This document shows, in pieces, positions 62,747-64,000 of a DNA stretch of 64,000 bases (the first letter of the stretch is position 1; each line of letters starts with the position of its first letter). A program made the position numbers and the translations under genes. This stretch comes from Epiperipatus broadwayi (taxonomy: Eukaryota; Animalia; Onychophora). The notes under the pieces are model-generated. The model ran no database searches. It had not been told where the DNA came from and was given only the letters and a program-made list of their open reading frames with translations. The stretch lies in contig JAQFVV010000009.1 in NCBI GenBank assembly GCA_028023455.1, forward strand, positions 10,416,001 through 10,480,000, read 5' to 3'.

Positions 62747-64000
62747 TTTTACAATAGTTTTTAATTAACATACATTTTATTTTTATTATATGTATGTATT
62801 GTACTATTTTATATATGTCTAACAATATTTATTAGACATGAATGGCCATAAGATTAGTTTATATATATCTGTTAAAGATATACCTATAACCTTCCATGCC
62901 CACACCTAATCTAGGTTATGGTAGTTAACCATTTTTAATTTTAGTATAAGCATAGTATATTTCCCAGGTAATATGGTTCTATGTAATATGGTTCTAATTA
63001 TAACTAACTAACTTTCCCTATATTGTTGCCTTTACTGGTTTAAAATTTTTTTTATTAGGTGCCAGGATTCTATTTTAGATATTCTTATTAAACTGATAAT
63101 GAACATAAGTTTCCCACCCTTTCTCACACCATACCAAAACCCTCTCTATAATGTGAATGAACTAATAACTCAGATATTAACATACACTTATAATATTTAC
63201 ACAAAATAATGCAAAAATATTATATAACTATATTGTGACCTCACAAATAATAAATCTAAAAATATAATAATATTGTTGGCATCAACAGTTGAATTTACCC
63301 AGAAGATTGCTGAAAGAAGATAATTACAAGACTTAAGTAAATGACACATTGTAAATCTTTTTTTTTATTACTTTTTTTTTTTATAAGTATATTGAATAAA
63401 AGCGAAATAACAAAAGAAAATTTATGTCATCATAGCAAAATTATTTCTTGGATTCATTAACCATATAAATAGTTCTTTATGGTCCATTAAAATATGTTTT
63501 CTTTTCTCCTGGTTTGTGTAAGACATGAGTATTCTATAAAGTTATTTCAATAAGCATATAAGTTTAAAAATTTGATTTCTTACTGGTAAGATTGTTTCAT
63601 GGCATCATTCCTTGGTAATACATAACATCCTCAGATTTTCTTCATGGTAGGTCCAATAGGTTCCAGTTTTGATGCAAGGCTTCTATTTTTGTCAGGTGGT
63701 GATTTCACTCTTCTAAATCATCATAAGTAGGTTCAAGGGAATGGAATGATCAGCAATGTACAGGCCTTCTAGCCACCTGTCTGAATGTCAGCGGTTATCA
63801 TGAGGTAGTTGAACATCTTTTCAAAAATTCAAAAAACAAAAGACACTTCTTTATTTATGTCCATTCCTTTTATATCCCTCCAAAAACTCATTACACATGT
63901 GTATGTTGAATACCACCCACATTCCTTTTTCAAAATTTTTATCTTTATATTTTTGTTCTCAAAGTTCTCTTTTTTATCTTTGTAGTTACCATGACCAAAT

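Overview
Very AT-rich, CpG-depleted eukaryotic nuclear DNA, probably invertebrate (inference). It is made up almost entirely of intronic or intergenic sequence and transposon fossils, and no host gene can be called with confidence. The largest feature is a young 9.7-kb Ty3/Gypsy LTR element on the minus strand (17667-27389). It has unusually long (~3.43 kb), near-identical LTRs, a gag broken by three in-frame stops, and a pol deleted down to its last 64 codons. The window also carries a family of minimal type I hammerhead ribozymes. Two intact copies lie in a near-identical 437-439 bp tandem dimer (29454-30346, retrozyme/Penelope pLTR-like), one lies inside a TIR-bounded 348-bp element (14863-15210), and several more are decayed. 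Other contents: two head-to-head inverted Penelope-like fossils (1-1410, 60238-62539); a decayed ~5.3-kb L1/Tx1-like LINE (30580-35890); RTE and L1 fragments; three fold-back/MITE-like hairpins; a tRNA-Gly-derived pseudogene with a TAC anticodon; tRNA-derived SINE heads; several CpG-retaining islands that may be promoters; and a candidate recursive splice site. All motifs, alignments and counts were made by eye, with no database search.
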